The notes: generated from the sequence alone by a model not told the origin. 64,000 nt of DNA from Callorhinchus milii (GCF_018977255.1 NW_024704749.1:14260001-14324000), one strand, 5' to 3'; shown: positions 12,793-26,020, numbered from the stretch's first letter. A program made the numbers and translations.

Positions 12793-12995
12793 TAATAATA
12801 ATAATCCTTGCATTTGGTAAAGCGCCTTATTACGTCGTCGAGACGTCTCTAAACGTTTGATATATGTCACGCTTTATCACATCAGCAAAAGTCTCCAAAG
12901 CCTTCACAGGATTTTCTGTCAAGTGTGTCGACTTGTATATATTTGTTGGCGAATGTGGAAGCCAATTTGCCCGCGTCAATGTCCCACAAACACCC
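12793..12995 (-). mobile_element. SINE 3' half
   Basis: (TAA)n-TCCTTGCATTTGGTAAAGCGCCTTA...GTCCCACAAAC. Confidence 0.8.
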
Positions 12996-13481
12996 ACAGC
13001 AGCGTGTAGGTGCTGGTGACTGTTTTTAATTTCGGGTGTACTGCCTCCGAGTCCGATCCCATTCCCACTCAAACTCCTCACGTAAACTATCAGCGGGGAA
13101 CTCTGTGTTAGCAATTAGCAGCAAAAGCCAGTTTCTTTATTGCTCCTGAACCCAGGGCACTTGTACTTTTTTTTTGACGAGATGCTGATCAATGTACCAG
13201 TGCCCAGAAACCCACCAAACAGCCACATGTCAAAGAGAAATGGATGGTTTCTATTAAATAGGAATAGATTTGTTCCTGATTCGGCCAGCGAGTCGGGAAC
13301 TTAAGCTCACATTTAAGGTGATCATCGTAACAAAAAACATTAGAGGAGAGAAATAAAATTACGCAGGAGGTGTTGAGAAGGAACAAATTGTCTGGCACAG
13401 ATCACAGTTGAATCCCTGGATTCTTTTCAAGGGGAATTGGATGGATTTTGGAACCAGGTATGAGGAATGCACAGGTTAGAT

Positions 13482-13625
13482 TAATAATAATCATTCTAAC
13501 CCTTGCATTTGATACAGCGCCTTATCACGTCTTCGAGATGTCTCAAAGCGCTTCACAGAATATATTATAAAGTGAATTGACTGTATATTTTGTGGGCAAA
13601 ACGCGGCAGCCAATTGCGCACAGCG
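13482..13625 (-). mobile_element. SINE 3' half
   Basis: CCTTGCATTTGATACAGCGCCTTATCACGTC...GCGGCAGCCAATTGCGCACAG. Confidence 0.87.
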
Positions 13626-14595
13626 ATTTACATTTAGATCGTGCCTTTCACACCAGGAGGAGGTCTCCAAGTGCCAAATGGCCCATTTCTGCATTCAACG
13701 GTATTTACTCACTCACATCTGGTGGTATTGGCTCTATCCGACATGTTGACCTAAAAAAGGATGGAGCTCTACCATTACTGTTTGTAAGTTGGCAGCAAGA
13801 GATGGGAAACGATGCGAGGCTTCGAGCAAAGACAGGACGTGTCGGCCTCGTGAGGATTCCGTACATATTTCAAAAGAGTACTTTACTATTGTGTACGTCC
13901 GGCATTTTAACCATTTGCCACAAAAACATTGCAAATTGCAACATGCTTTGATAATAAGAGAGTGGGCGAGTATCTGGATAATATTTAAAGTCACATTCTG
14001 CTCACAATCAAAATACCTCAATGGCTTCAGTCTCGCTGCATGTTACAATCCAAGGGTCGAGGAGTTTATAGAAAATTTTTCGACGAAACCACACACAAAA
14101 ATATTGTTGCTTAACCACTGCGATGAAAGGGAATTGAAATAGAATATGGTTTTTCTAGTGCTGCTTTTAACTACACATATATATATATATGTGTATATAA
14201 GCAAATTGTCACACAACATGTGAAAATAGACAATCGAAAGCTTGATCCAATTGAGGTTACTGTGGATTTTTTTTAGAAGGAAACACCAAGTTTATTTTAA
14301 TTTTACTTTCAAAACAAAGGCCTGGGAACCTGGACGTTGTGTGGTTCGCCTTTATTTCAGGGTGTGTGAAAGTTGGACTTTTTCCTGAATTATGCACCAA
14401 AAATCCTTCATAACAATAAACCTTGCGTTTGACGAAATACTTGTAGCGTCAAAACATCACAAAAAAAAAGCAGACCATTCTCGCGAACTTGTGAAACATT
14501 AATTCCCACCTGAAGAGGTGGACGTTTAAAGATGCCATGAGATATCAAGGGTTTCTATCAAAGTGGCTAACGATGAGATGAAATTCTGTTTTCAG

Positions 14596-14779
14596 CCTGA
14601 AACGTCAATGACAGTGACTTGCACAGACGGGAAATGGAGCAAGCAAGTGACCTGTGAGCCGGTGGATTGTGGCATTCCTGACCAGTACCACGTCTACCCT
14701 GCAATCTTCTCCTGCCCTGACGGGACCACGTTTGGCAAAAAATGCACCTTTCAATGTCGGCCACCAGCCCAACTGAAAG
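14596..14779 (+). CDS. PAPPA: PAPPA exon, end of CCP1 and start of CCP2
   Basis: TTTTCAG acceptor; PETSMTVTCTDGKWSKQVTCEPVDCGIPDQYHVYPAIFSCPDGTTFGKKCTFQCRPPAQLK(G); donor G|GTAAGC. 184 nt, phase 0 to 1. Confidence 0.96.
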
Positions 14780-16202
14780 GTAAGCTCCAGAGTCCACCCA
14801 ACCCATCACCACCTCTTCCCCAGGGCCTGGGAAATAATGGCATCTCAACCACAGGGAGCAAAAGGCCACATGTGATGGGATAATTATCACGTCAAAAAAT
14901 CGAGCTGATCCAATAACTGGCCTCGGAATGCTGCCCAATGCAGGACAGATTGGCATTGACAGGAGCACAAATTTTGACAAAAGTGTTCATTTTCACGTCA
15001 CGTATCACCAGATCACGTCTTCGAGACATCTCAAAGCGCTTCACAGTATATACTGTCAAGTGAATTGACTGTATATTTTGTGGGTGAAATTATACATATA
15101 TATATCTCAAGAAATGTTCCAATTCTGATATTTCTGTCAAAATTGTAACCAACAGAGAATTTGCCAGATTTTCATTTAGGGAACCAGCCCTTTTATTGGG
15201 ATGCTAACAAGTCCACACAGCTGTTAGTGGATACACAGATGTAGAAGTACTGTAAGAAACAGCTGAAGTCAAACGCATGCAAAGCACGGATTGCAGTTAC
15301 TTTGGCTCCAATTCAACAAAGAAAAAAGAAACTGCGAGCCTATACATAAACAAGAAGTAAAGTCTACACACCTCATAAATGGCACAGTAAACCAGAAAGG
15401 ATTCAGACTCGCTTAGCTCAGATGAAACATTTTTACCGAGTTTATAGCATGAAGTAATACAGAAAGTTGGAAGGATTCATGGGAATGAAAACACTGAGGC
15501 GTAACGGATCAAGTTTAACGAAATGAACCTCAGCTTCCTATGCAAAGGCGGATAAACTAAAAACAACAATATTTGATGTAGCACCTTTCACATTGGTTGG
15601 ACGTCTCAAAGAGCTTCACAAGATATTATTGTTATGTACTGTGAAGTGTAGTGACTTTGTGCTTTAGGGGTGAGTGGACGTTTTGTGGGCTTGTCTTGTG
15701 TCAGTTTCTTGCCTGCAATAACGGTGCTGTGCTATGGTATCACAAAACCAAGCTAATTGGCCACATTCTACGCCCAATATGACCTTCCTAATATCAATTT
15801 TTAGATGGTCACAAAAAATTATTGCTACATAACTGGAATGGGTATATAATATACAATGTCTCATGGCTATATAAAGCACAAATGCAATGATTATTATTGT
15901 ATTATTTATTACTATTGATGGGTTACCAGTAAGGGTGGGCTAAGGCCACAGCACTGCAACTCACACTGCTGTGTGCAAATTGATTGCTGCATTCACCCAA
16001 AAACTGCACAGTCACTACACTTTAGGGAAATCCTGCCCACATTGCTGAGGTCTGAATGGTTGAAACGCAGGCTACGGAGTGCACATAAGCCCTCCCTAGA
16101 ATTAAATAAGAGATCAGAAGTGAGGTGTAGATGGAAAATGGGCCGTGTGATCTCATCCGTTCTGAGCACTCACCCGTAACAAGTCTTCCTACTGCATCAT
16201 AA

Positions 16203-16315
16203 CATAATAATAATCCTGGGATTTGATATAACACCTTATCACGTCTTGGAGTCATCTCTCAAAGCGCTTCACAGAATATGCTGTAAATTGAATTGACTAT
16301 ATTTTGTGGGCAAAG
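16203..16315 (-). mobile_element. SINE 3' fragment
   Basis: Same tail motifs; a similar fragment lies at ~15010-15090. Confidence 0.8.
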
Positions 16316-17266
16316 CAGATGAGGCCTCGAGCAGGTATCCCGTTTCCTTTAGACAGAGGGCTACTGGTTGCCTTCTGTGCAAAAGATACACTTGCTGTGG
16401 ACTGTCCTGAAATTGCCCCATATAAACCCTGAACCCCCGTGCGCCCCTGCCCTGCTGGCTTGGCGTATTCGAGAATAAAAAAAACACAACGAACAAGGTG
16501 GGCGACAATTCACTGATATGACCAGCGTATCGTATGTCATTTCAGCAACTGAACAAAGAGAAGCAAGGAGAGGGTGCCAAGGATAATGAGGGATAGTTTG
16601 TACTGGATTTCAGACGTACAAGTGCGTAACGATCACAGTGCCTCTTGCCTGGTGCGTGTGAGGTGCTTACAGAACCTATTGCTTCAGATTCAACTCAGTT
16701 GCACATTACTCGCGTCACCGTGTGCTCAATCCAGTTCAAACTCCTTACATGTGGAACGTCTAAACCTTTCCAATAAAAGTATTTATTTAAAATTTATTGT
16801 TAATAACAAAAACATTTTTTGTTATTAAAGTCACTTACCCCCTCCCTCCCTATCGCCAACTCCCCCCCCAGTAAATATTCACATGTATCAAGCCAACGTG
16901 ATTATTTATTGGAAACATATCGATTTAAACAAAACCATAATAGTTTTTTTTGCCATTAGTAACTTGAAGAACTTAGTGGGAGGGTGCATGCCAACACAAG
17001 CAAACAGTTCAAGGTTGAAGAGCAGAAAATGGGAGAGAGTTATTCTTAAGTAAATGTCATAGATATGTTTTGTGCTATAAAACAGCGTGCTGTTGTGGTT
17101 TATAACAGCGTGTACAGGATATGCGTTTCAGAGGTACTGTGAACAATTTGCTTTCCAAAGCCTTGTGCCAGTAGTTCCAATAAGGTTGGTTAGCTCCTAG
17201 TAGATTAGGGCATTCTGTGCCAAAACAAGCCGTACAGTTGGACTAATACTGTATACTGTTCTGCAG

Positions 17267-17477
17267 GGACCAATAAAAGTCTGACCTGCCTAGACGATGG
17301 ACTCTGGTCTTTCCCTGAGGCTCTTTGTGAACTGATGTGTTTAGCTCCTTCTGCTGTGCCCAACGCGATATTTCAAAGCAGCCACTGCCAACAAGAGAGG
17401 CACAAAGTTGGCTCATCGTGCAAGTACAAGTGCAAGCCAGGTTACCATGTTCCTAACCCCTTGAAAAAGATAAGGAA
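17267..17477 (+). CDS. PAPPA: PAPPA exon, end of CCP2 and start of CCP3
   Basis: CTGCAG acceptor; (G)TNKSLTCLDDGLWSFPEALCELMCLAPSAVPNAIFQSSHCQQERHKVGSSCKYKCKPGYHVPNPLKKIR(K); donor AA|GTAAGT. 211 nt, phase 1 to 2. Not in the supplied ORF track; translated by hand. Confidence 0.96.
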
Positions 17478-18893
17478 GTAAGTAGAACTAATGTGCGGTG
17501 ATGTACATATATGGCTGATTGTTTGCCAGGGGGGTGGGGGCGTTGGGTGTGGTGGGCACTCCTGCTCTCTCACTCTCGTTAAGATCAGCTCAGGGTAAAG
17601 CGGTTGGGTGTCCAAGGATCAAAGCCTGCGTTGCCAATGACATCATTCATTCCACTTCTACCTATAAACCCGATCGCCGTGATAATGTTGACATGTGAAA
17701 GCAAACTTTAGAAATTGGTTAAAGGTGTCGAAGTTATGAACTAACAAACAATTAGGGGCTGCCTTTAAAGCTGTACCACAAAAATGCGCAAAACCATTTG
17801 CTTGCATGCTAATATAGTGTTTAGTATTGGAACATAAAAACATTTACGAGAAAATTGCATTGTTTTTGGCAGCTCAGGACCAGACTGTAAGGACATTACC
17901 TTTTTTGGCATAGATTATCAGCAATAAGCCCTTTGATACTGAGTTGCGTTTAATTAATATCAGCCACCAAGCTTCTAAAATGCTGTTCGGTTGCCATACA
18001 CACAGACACATACAAAATATAGGAGCTGAATTTATAACTAATAACTAAAGGATGCTTATATATATACACACACACACACTATTAAAAGGATGAGGAAACA
18101 TGCTGTTTTTTTCCTTTATTTAAACCATTAAAATGAATTATACATGCTAATGGACTTTGCCGTGTGCGCAGTGTAGGGAAATTAATCCTGAGGAACTGAC
18201 TTCACAGATCATCTTGCTGGCACTGAGAGATCTTCAGAATCCCACTGAGCATTCCTCAAGTCTCATGCATATTTAATTAAACACATTTAAGTAATGATAC
18301 TGATAGATCATCTAAGTTAAAAGCCAAACACAGATAGAGATGCTGCTCTCAATCCTTCCCCCCTCTCCCCCGCCTCCTATCATGTCAGATTTTTATTAGA
18401 AGTGAACAAAAAAAAATGTCTGTACAATTGCATTTTCACTTGTGTTGGGAAGGAAGCTTTTCCTTCCATCTTCAAGAGGCGCAGAGCGTGGCCGAGGGGG
18501 CTGGAGAGCGGGGTGACGGCTCTAGCGTTTAATCCCGGTCTGTGCCGAGTTGGCGAAACTCACTGTGGAGAACAGTGAGATTCCTACAATCCTCCTCACC
18601 ATCTCCATTCCCCACCACCATCACCACTGAACTGACTGCCCTACACACCCAAGTGTTAATTCTTTGGGTTCGAGCGTGCCAAGCTATCCGATTGTGGAGC
18701 AATAGCATCCAGAGGCTTTTTTTGGGGGGTGGTGGGGAGGGGAAAAAAAAGAGTTCTAGCAGAGTCACCATGTTTCACATCGGAACCTGGAAAGCGTCTG
18801 GAGGGGCCGCAGTGGATGTGAGAAGGCACCACCTCAAAAGGGCAAGGATTTTGCTCATTTTTTTTGTTTGTTTGTTTGTTTTTGCCGAAACAG

Positions 18894-19062
18894 GAGGACC
18901 TTTAAGATGCGCTGCACGGAGGACGGGAGCTGGCAGGAGGGGGCTTGCATCCCCGTGATGTGCGAGGCACTCCCAGACAAATTCCACGGCGTTCACCACT
19001 GCACCAACGGCTTCCAGTTCAACAGCGTCTGCTCGATAAACTGCAGCGAGGCCAAGGACTCT
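18894..19062 (+). CDS. PAPPA: PAPPA exon, end of CCP3 and start of CCP4
   Basis: T-rich tract + ACAG acceptor; (K)RTFKMRCTEDGSWQEGACIPVMCEALPDKFHGVHHCTNGFQFNSVCSINCSEAKDS; donor |GTGAGT. 169 nt, phase 2 to 0. Confidence 0.95.
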
Positions 19063-20199
19063 GTGAGTAGCCGACACGCGGGGCCTCTCGATCAGTGGAA
19101 AAGTTAGCGAACGAGCCTCTGAAGCAGGAGAACAATAAGGGAAAAATGTTGCTGCCTGCTCTCGCGTTCAAAAAAAAAAAAAGAAAAAAAAATTTCCTGG
19201 CAAATTTCACCTCGCAAAAAAGCTTTTACGGGCCTCTTTTTTTTCTCTCTCTCTCCTCCGCAATTTATAAGGGTTTTTCCCAGCAGGCTTGATTCACATG
19301 GTTGTCTGCGATTTTCTGGCCTACAATGCCAATGTAATCAGACACCAATTAATAGGGCCATGGTTAACAGGGATTTTCCTTCATAAGATGCTCACCGCCA
19401 ATCCTGGTTCCCTCAATCCTTGGCCAGACACCTCGCTAAATCCCATTGTTCACATCAGCGCTAATGGCAATGATCTGTTCTATAGCATTGACCCACTGAA
19501 AAGTCTACAGGATCCAACCCTGTAATACCACATCATGCGGCTCTTACCTCCAGTGAATTTAACAAACGAGGACAATAAAAAAAAAGTTTAATTCTTGCAA
19601 CTTTTTTTTTAATGAAACAAAAACACTCTGAAACGAGGCAAGCCTCCTTGTAAATAAAGTAGGGTCCGTTCGCATAGCTGCGGGTTCCAGCGCACACCTT
19701 CCCTATGATGTCAACACGCAATGAAATCCTATGCTGCGTTTAGTGGAAACTCTCAGTCGTGTTGGTATGCAGCGATTTCACTACCAAACATGCAGGGCGA
19801 CTCCACACCCTCCCACTGTCCACTCTCTGTGATCTCTTGTAACCTACACCACACCTCCACCCACCCCCCACCACCGCATGGAATTAAATTGAGTCGTTTA
19901 GATCCAGAACGATTCCAGGTTCGATCTCTAGTCCGCACTGAATTAACTGATCTTAGTCGTTGCGAAACTTGGTGCCTTTGGCATCTCTGAGCTTGCTAAC
20001 CCCAGGGGTAGGGTAGGTCGTGATGAGAGAGAGAGAGATAGAGGGGAAATACGTCAGCAAACTTATCATTATTGTTCACTCAACCCTGCTGAAAACTGTA
20101 CACATGTGGATATTAGGCAAAGATGAGCTGGCTTGGCAGCTACTCTTCCTCTCTCTTCCCCTCCCAATAAATGGCTTACCAATGCTTACACAAGAGAGG

Positions 20200-20410
20200 T
20201 TTGGATGAAGAAAGCCCTTTGGCTCATTTGATCTAATTCTTCCAGAAAACCCATCCTACCATCTATCCCATCACGACGTCAAGCTATTTCCTTTTAAGCA
20301 AGTCCAAGGCTTCCCCCCCTTTCCCTAACAACCTGTTCCAGTCGTTAATTACCCTCTGGGCAAAGTAACATTTCCCGCCGTCTCCTGAAATCACCCTTTG
20401 TATCCGAGAA
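20200..20410 (-). mobile_element. CR1 3' fragment
   Basis: TTGGATGAAGAAAGCCCTTTGGCTCATTTGAT... closely parallels 32393-32600. Similar pieces occur at ~11985-12095 (+), 13290-13460 (+) and 63045-63195 (-). Confidence 0.62.
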
Positions 20411-21024
20411 GCTGTGGTCACGAGTAGCAGCCAACTTCAGACGTGCCGACCAGCCTTCGTGGGACCGTACCCAAGTCTTGATGTGGAATAGCACAAGCGC
20501 TCTATCAACTGCAAGGATTATTACTACTACTACTACATGTCACCTCTTCTCAAAACAAACACACATTGCTTTAACATTCAATTAGACTATATGTTTTTTA
20601 AAAAAAAACTATTTCTCATCAGCAACTACATTGTTTTCCACTGCATTCGATTAATAGGCGTTTTCTGCGAAATAGTTTTCTATGAAAGGGTTGGACGCTT
20701 CGCAATTGTTTCCCCCCCCACGGGAGGCTTGTAATTGTAGTGGAAGGTTCTCTGAAATGGAAAGCTTCCCGCTGTGTAGAACTGGCTCCAATTTGGTCAA
20801 TTTCTTGAGTACCAGGAGTCCTGCAATGCCCGAGGGTGATGGCGTCCAATTTGAGCTGTTAAGACACGGCAGGTAGACAATGCCCCGACCACAAATAAAA
20901 ACCTATTTCGCTGAATAGGGGCAAAGAGGTCAAACTATTTCGGTTATCAGAGCCGGTGGGCTTCCGACCGGATAGAGAGTGCAGTGGGGATTTGGGGAAT
21001 GCTGTTCCCCTTTGGCCAGCGTCA

Positions 21025-21026
<2 letters not shown>

Positions 21027-21086
<60 letters not shown>

Positions 21087-21092
21087 TGTGTG
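21027..21092. repeat. (TG)n microsatellite
   Basis: About 28 uninterrupted TG units. Confidence 0.97.
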
Positions 21093-21662
21093 TTTCTCCT
21101 TCATTTTGGAATATCCTTGGGAAATTTCCATGATTCAAAATGTTCTCCGAATGCTTAGAATGTGCAGGAGAGAGAAAAAAAATTAGGGGAACAGCCCACT
21201 TCTTTTTCTTTCTTCAAACAAATCATTAAAAGCTCTGACTTCCCAAATTTCTACCCATCTCCCATTTTGACATCGATTCTGCTTTCAACTGCCTTTTTGG
21301 GGGCAGTGGGTTCCACATTTTCACACCCCACTTCGCTCCATGCGAAGAAATACATTCCGATCACATTTCTGAACTTGTTGCAGAGCGGGAGAGGATGGTG
21401 GAGTGGATTTCCGGGATGTTTTAAATCAAGGACCCCCCCCCATTAACACTTCCTTTCGACGAGTAGAACTGCACTCCAGAAGTAGATCCGAGCTGAGCCA
21501 GCCTGTGCGTTATATACACGCGCGGACGAGGATTATGATGGGATTACGAACCTGCCATTAGAGCACAGCCTCGTCAACCTTGGAGAGCTTCACTCGTCCT
21601 CGGTTTGAGGTCTGTACAGGATTCCAGCCATTGAAGGATGCAATTTTCCAAATGTTTTGCAG

Positions 21663-21810
21663 GAATCGATCCAGAATGTGGTCCGCTGCAGGAAAGACGG
21701 TACGTGGAATAGCTCGCTGATAGTCTGCAGTTCAATGAATGGAGAATGTGCACCACCTCATCGACTCAATGACCGGATCAGGCTGAACTGCACAGACGGT
21801 TACGGCATAG
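21663..21810 (+). CDS. PAPPA: PAPPA exon, end of CCP4 and start of CCP5
   Basis: TTTTGCAG acceptor; ESIQNVVRCRKDGTWNSSLIVCSSMNGECAPPHRLNDRIRLNCTDGYGI(G); donor G|GTAAGC. 148 nt, phase 0 to 1. Confidence 0.95.
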
Positions 21811-21899
21811 GTAAGCTCCACGTAAGCAGTGCTGTAGAGCTTCCGGGCAGGCTGGAAAATCCCCCTGGCATCAATGTGGTAGATTTTGCTGATGTCTCA

Positions 21900-22135
21900 A
21901 CAACAGCAACAAGATTGCATTTATAGAGCGCCTTTCACGTCGGGACGACGTCCCAAGGCGCTGGACAGTTGGGTTGGGACCCGAGCATTGGGGGGAAAAT
22001 GGTCAGGGGGAGGGAAGGGAGGGAGCGAGGAGGGGGGAAATGGTCAGGGTGAGGGGAGGGAGCGAGGAGCGGGTAGAGAGTCGAGAGGGGAGCTGAAGGC
22101 ACGGTTGAAGAGAAAGGTCTCAGAGGGGAAAACAG
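21900..22135 (-). mobile_element. L2-type LINE 3' end
   Basis: CAACAGCAACAAGATTGCATTTATAGAGCGCCTTTCACGTC...CCCAAGGCGCT followed by GGTTGAAGAGAAAGGTCTCAGAGG. Confidence 0.62.
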
Positions 22136-23234
22136 AATAAAGACTCAGCTAAATATCACCTGGGGCATTATCAACTACAAATTCTGCAGTCACTACACTT
22201 TATATTAGAAATCCACTGAGACACTGAAAGATGCCGTTACCTTTCTACACTTACATAGTCACTACGCTTCAAGTGTAAGGTGCAGTGACTGTAATTGGTG
22301 GGCAAACCTCAGGAAAAGCTCATTCGCGGCGTCTTGGACGGCACATGTCAATATCAGCTAAAAACGTGTCTTTTTCTTTCAAGAGTTGCCGTGCCTTATG
22401 GTGAGCTCGAAGTACGGTAGTGTGATATGGCAGACTGGCACAGCATCTCTTTATGAGCGGGCTGGAGCTATGAGCATTTAAAAAAACGAGAGAGAGAGAG
22501 AGAGAGAGGAAAAAAAAGAGGCTCGGCTTTCATGTTTGAAACAGAATTTCCGAGCCTTTGTTGCAACTATAAATGCGTCCTGCTGCTGCTCTTGGTGACG
22601 ATGCAGGAAAACATGCTTTGTGCTGCCAAGCCAACAGCCAGACTCGAGGCAGGCGGGTTTAATAGTGGCGAACCTTCGTCTTGGGGTGTGCGCTACGCAA
22701 AATGCCTGGAACAAACCTTCATTCCGTTCAAGAGAAGGCACAGCTGAACCCGTAAAAAATTCTCGTATGACCAGCCATTTGCTAAAGACTCGATCTCGAC
22801 TCAGTCGCCTTTGCCGATCCAGGACTGAAGTCACTTGAGTTCCCTCTATAAAAGGTTTAAAACTAATTAGTATAAAACACTGCGGTGAATGCTAGGGCAA
22901 ACCTGTCTTTACTGTTTATCCAGGCACGACTGATGTCTGATTTGTTAAGGAGCAGAGAGATTAGTCCTGTGTATGTGAGCTGGGGCTTGTGGAGCTATCC
23001 GTAGTGCTGTAATGCTCTTGCCCCATCAATTATGGACCAGCCTGCTCGCGTGGAATGTACTGACAGAACGCAAAGGAATTTCATGGCAAAACGTTTGCCT
23101 TGTGAATGATGAGGGGCAAGCGGGGGGTGGGGGGGGCAATGGGAAAGTGGGTGGGGGGGGGGTGGGAATATTCAAGGCACGTTTGAAAAAAAGAAAAAAC
23201 TCTTTTTTTAATCCCCTCCCAAACTCTCCCCCAG

Positions 23235-23344
23235 GTGCTGAATGCACAGTGTCGTGTTTGCTCCGCCAAACCGACCCGGTTCTCTTAGCCAGCAACATGA
23301 CCTCAGACGACGTGAAATATTGGATGAATCCTTCCAAGGCAAAG
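23235..23344 (+). CDS. PAPPA: PAPPA exon, CCP5 middle
   Basis: CCCCAG acceptor; (G)AECTVSCLLRQTDPVLLASNMTSDDVKYWMNPSKAK; donor AAG|GTCAGT. 110 nt, phase 1 to 0. Confidence 0.93.
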
Positions 23345-25706
23345 GTCAGTCACGAAGTAAAGCTCATCGAGTTAAATGAGACACTGCCCTGCGTGGAGGC
23401 TGCGATGTAAGTGCAAGTAGTTGTTGCCGTTGAAGTTGTTAAATGGCGACAACAATAGCTTGCGCTTATCGTAGCGGCCTTTACAAAGAGGGTTGCATCT
23501 CGGAGCGCTTAATCCTCTCTCGGATTAAACTTGTGTCAGAGAATTTTTCAGCCTTGTCCCTCCCCACACCCCCCCAATTGATAGAAACTGCGCAGCGCAT
23601 TCAATGCTGTGGGAAGCATCAAGTGCAATCCATGCAGCGTGCCGTTGAATTACAGTCCTGTTCACTGCACGGTTCCTTTTATTTCTTGACTAGTGTTTTA
23701 TGTAAACCGCCATGCGCCTTTGACAACATGAGCCAACCTTTTGGTCCACCACACCATTGGCAGTCTTTTCTCTGCGCAAGAAAAAAAATTGTGGCAAGGC
23801 ACTTCACACTCAGGTCAGTGGTGAGGAGGATTTCACAATCGCAAGCCAAAATACCATTTATTTCACCCTAAATTAACAGTTGGCTAAATAAAGCTGTCGA
23901 GAAACATCTTTGGCGCACAGTCATGCAAAAAGACAATAATCGCGTCCGGACGACCACATCAGGCAGTGGGAACATGACTCTTTGTAAAGGAACACAGAAG
24001 TGAACGTGTGGCACAGTGTCACATGAAGGCTCTTCACACCAAGAGAAACAGACATACATACACACATGCGCACAGAAAAAAAAATGCCTAGAAAGAGATC
24101 CGCAGACAAAATAATATAAAAAATATTTTACTGTTAACAAATGTCCCGACCTCCGGTTTAATGAGGTATTCAGTTGGACGTGATGGGAGATTCAAAGCAA
24201 CTCAAGTGAAAACTGGTAAACAGCAGCTGAACCTAGTCGGACCCAATTACAGTATGACTTGACATGGAGAACATTATCTGTATCTGCATTGGCCCATTAT
24301 ACAGATTGCCTCCACTCGCTCACTGCACTATTCCCCGACCAGCGCTACAGTAATTATGGACAGTCTAAAAAAATGAGTGAGAGAGGAGAGAGAGGGAACG
24401 TTATCTAAAAAGCAATTAGATGTGTGGCAAGTTAATGGAATGTAAATGGGATGGAGGAATTACAGGGTGTGGGGTAAGGGTAGGGAAGAAAGAGCAGAGT
24501 ATTGCCTCAGTAAAACAAGTCTTTTTTTTCCCCCCATAGTAAAGGGGGATATTGGGGAAAAACAAACTCATCTGCCAGTGTTACTGACTCACACAAAAAA
24601 GGCATTGTGGGCTGAACAATACTGAACTTGAGCTACAGCGAACTCTGCTCGTCTGTGGGTTTAGGAAACCTGGTTGCGTCTGCACCTTTTACAGAGACTT
24701 AGAGAGAGAGAGATTGAGAAAAAAACCCTCAGAAAATCTGTTTGGCTTTTAGATCCTGTGTGTGCTGTTGCCATTTTTAATTGAAGTATCGCCTTTGACG
24801 TCAACACTTAATCATTAAAAGGCTGGATTTTTGCATTTTACTCTCTCGGTCATGGACAATTAAGTTCGCTGGCTGATTTCCAAATCTGTTATTTCAACAC
24901 CCGGACTTTAGGAGAGAGAGAGAAAAAAAACAAAAACAGGTTCCATAAGTGGCACGATAGGATTCGAATATTAACTTAACTTTGGGCTTTCTGAGAAGCG
25001 ACACTAAGCTCAACGCCATGAGTTGGTCAGACAGTTTTTTTTCTTTTTTTGAAAAAAAAACCCGAAACAAAACTATTCTAAAGGCAAAACTCCGAGAGAA
25101 AATAATTTTGACGAGGATATCGTCTACCTCTTGACTGACCCTCTGGTCAGCGTGCTTCCATTCACACACATCGCGTCCGTCGCCTTTTGGCGGCTGAGTC
25201 AACCGTTATATGGAAGCAGCTGGAGTCGAGTGCTCGGAGTAACGAGTCATGATGCAAGTGTTGTTGTTGTCAACCATGGTGATGGGACTCTGGAAGGAAT
25301 GAAGTGTCAGGAAAGTACAATAGTTGAGAGTAGATGGACTTCCGTGCGTGGCGTCATTTGGTGCTCTTGAAGGGGCCCTCTTATGAATTAAGAATAAACT
25401 CCAGATATTTTAGATTGCAATCCGTGATGAGCAAACTTTTTTTTTCATATAAAAAAAAGTCCGGATTTGCCAATTTCCAGGCTGATTGCCTTTTCAAGAG
25501 CAAACACTTGACCCCTGATCTCTGACACCAGCAGGGGAGGGTCTCAGTTATATGTTTGAATCTCCCCTCTGACCAAGTCACCCATGACATTGGAAAGCGT
25601 CACTTATGGTATCAAGGGATCACCAAGAATTCTGAGGGACGATAGTCAATTTAAGAAAAAAAGCCCCGAAGCACTAGGAGAGGAGAGAACCTGGGTAGCA
25701 TGACAT

Positions 25707-25825
25707 GTTTCGCCCACAAAATATACATTCAATTCACTTTACAGTATATTCTGCGAAGCAATTTGAGACGTCTGGAAGATGTTATAGGGCACTATATCAA
25801 ATGCAAGGATTATTATTATTATTAC
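25707..25825 (+). mobile_element. SINE 3' fragment
   Basis: TTTCGCCCACAAAATATAC...ACTATATCAAATGCAAGGATTATTATT. Confidence 0.85.
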
Positions 25826-25948
25826 TACAATATATTATAGCAGTATAATTTATTATTCTACTTATTATTTTAATTATTATTCTTTTAATTATTAAAGCAC
25901 TTTCGATTCGCCAATTGTAACCTTCGCCTTTTTTCCTTCTCTTTACAG

Positions 25949-26020
25949 AAAATTATCTGTACGGCAGGACTGAAATGGCATCCAGCGCCTGAAAACATTC
26001 ACTGCATCAAAACGTGCGAG
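25949..26020 (+). CDS. PAPPA: PAPPA exon, end of CCP5
   Basis: Long pyrimidine tract + TACAG; KIICTAGLKWHPAPENIHCIKTCE (human RVVCTAGLKWYPHPALIHCVKGCE, recalled); donor GAG|GTAAGT. 72 nt, phase 0 to 0. Confidence 0.95.
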
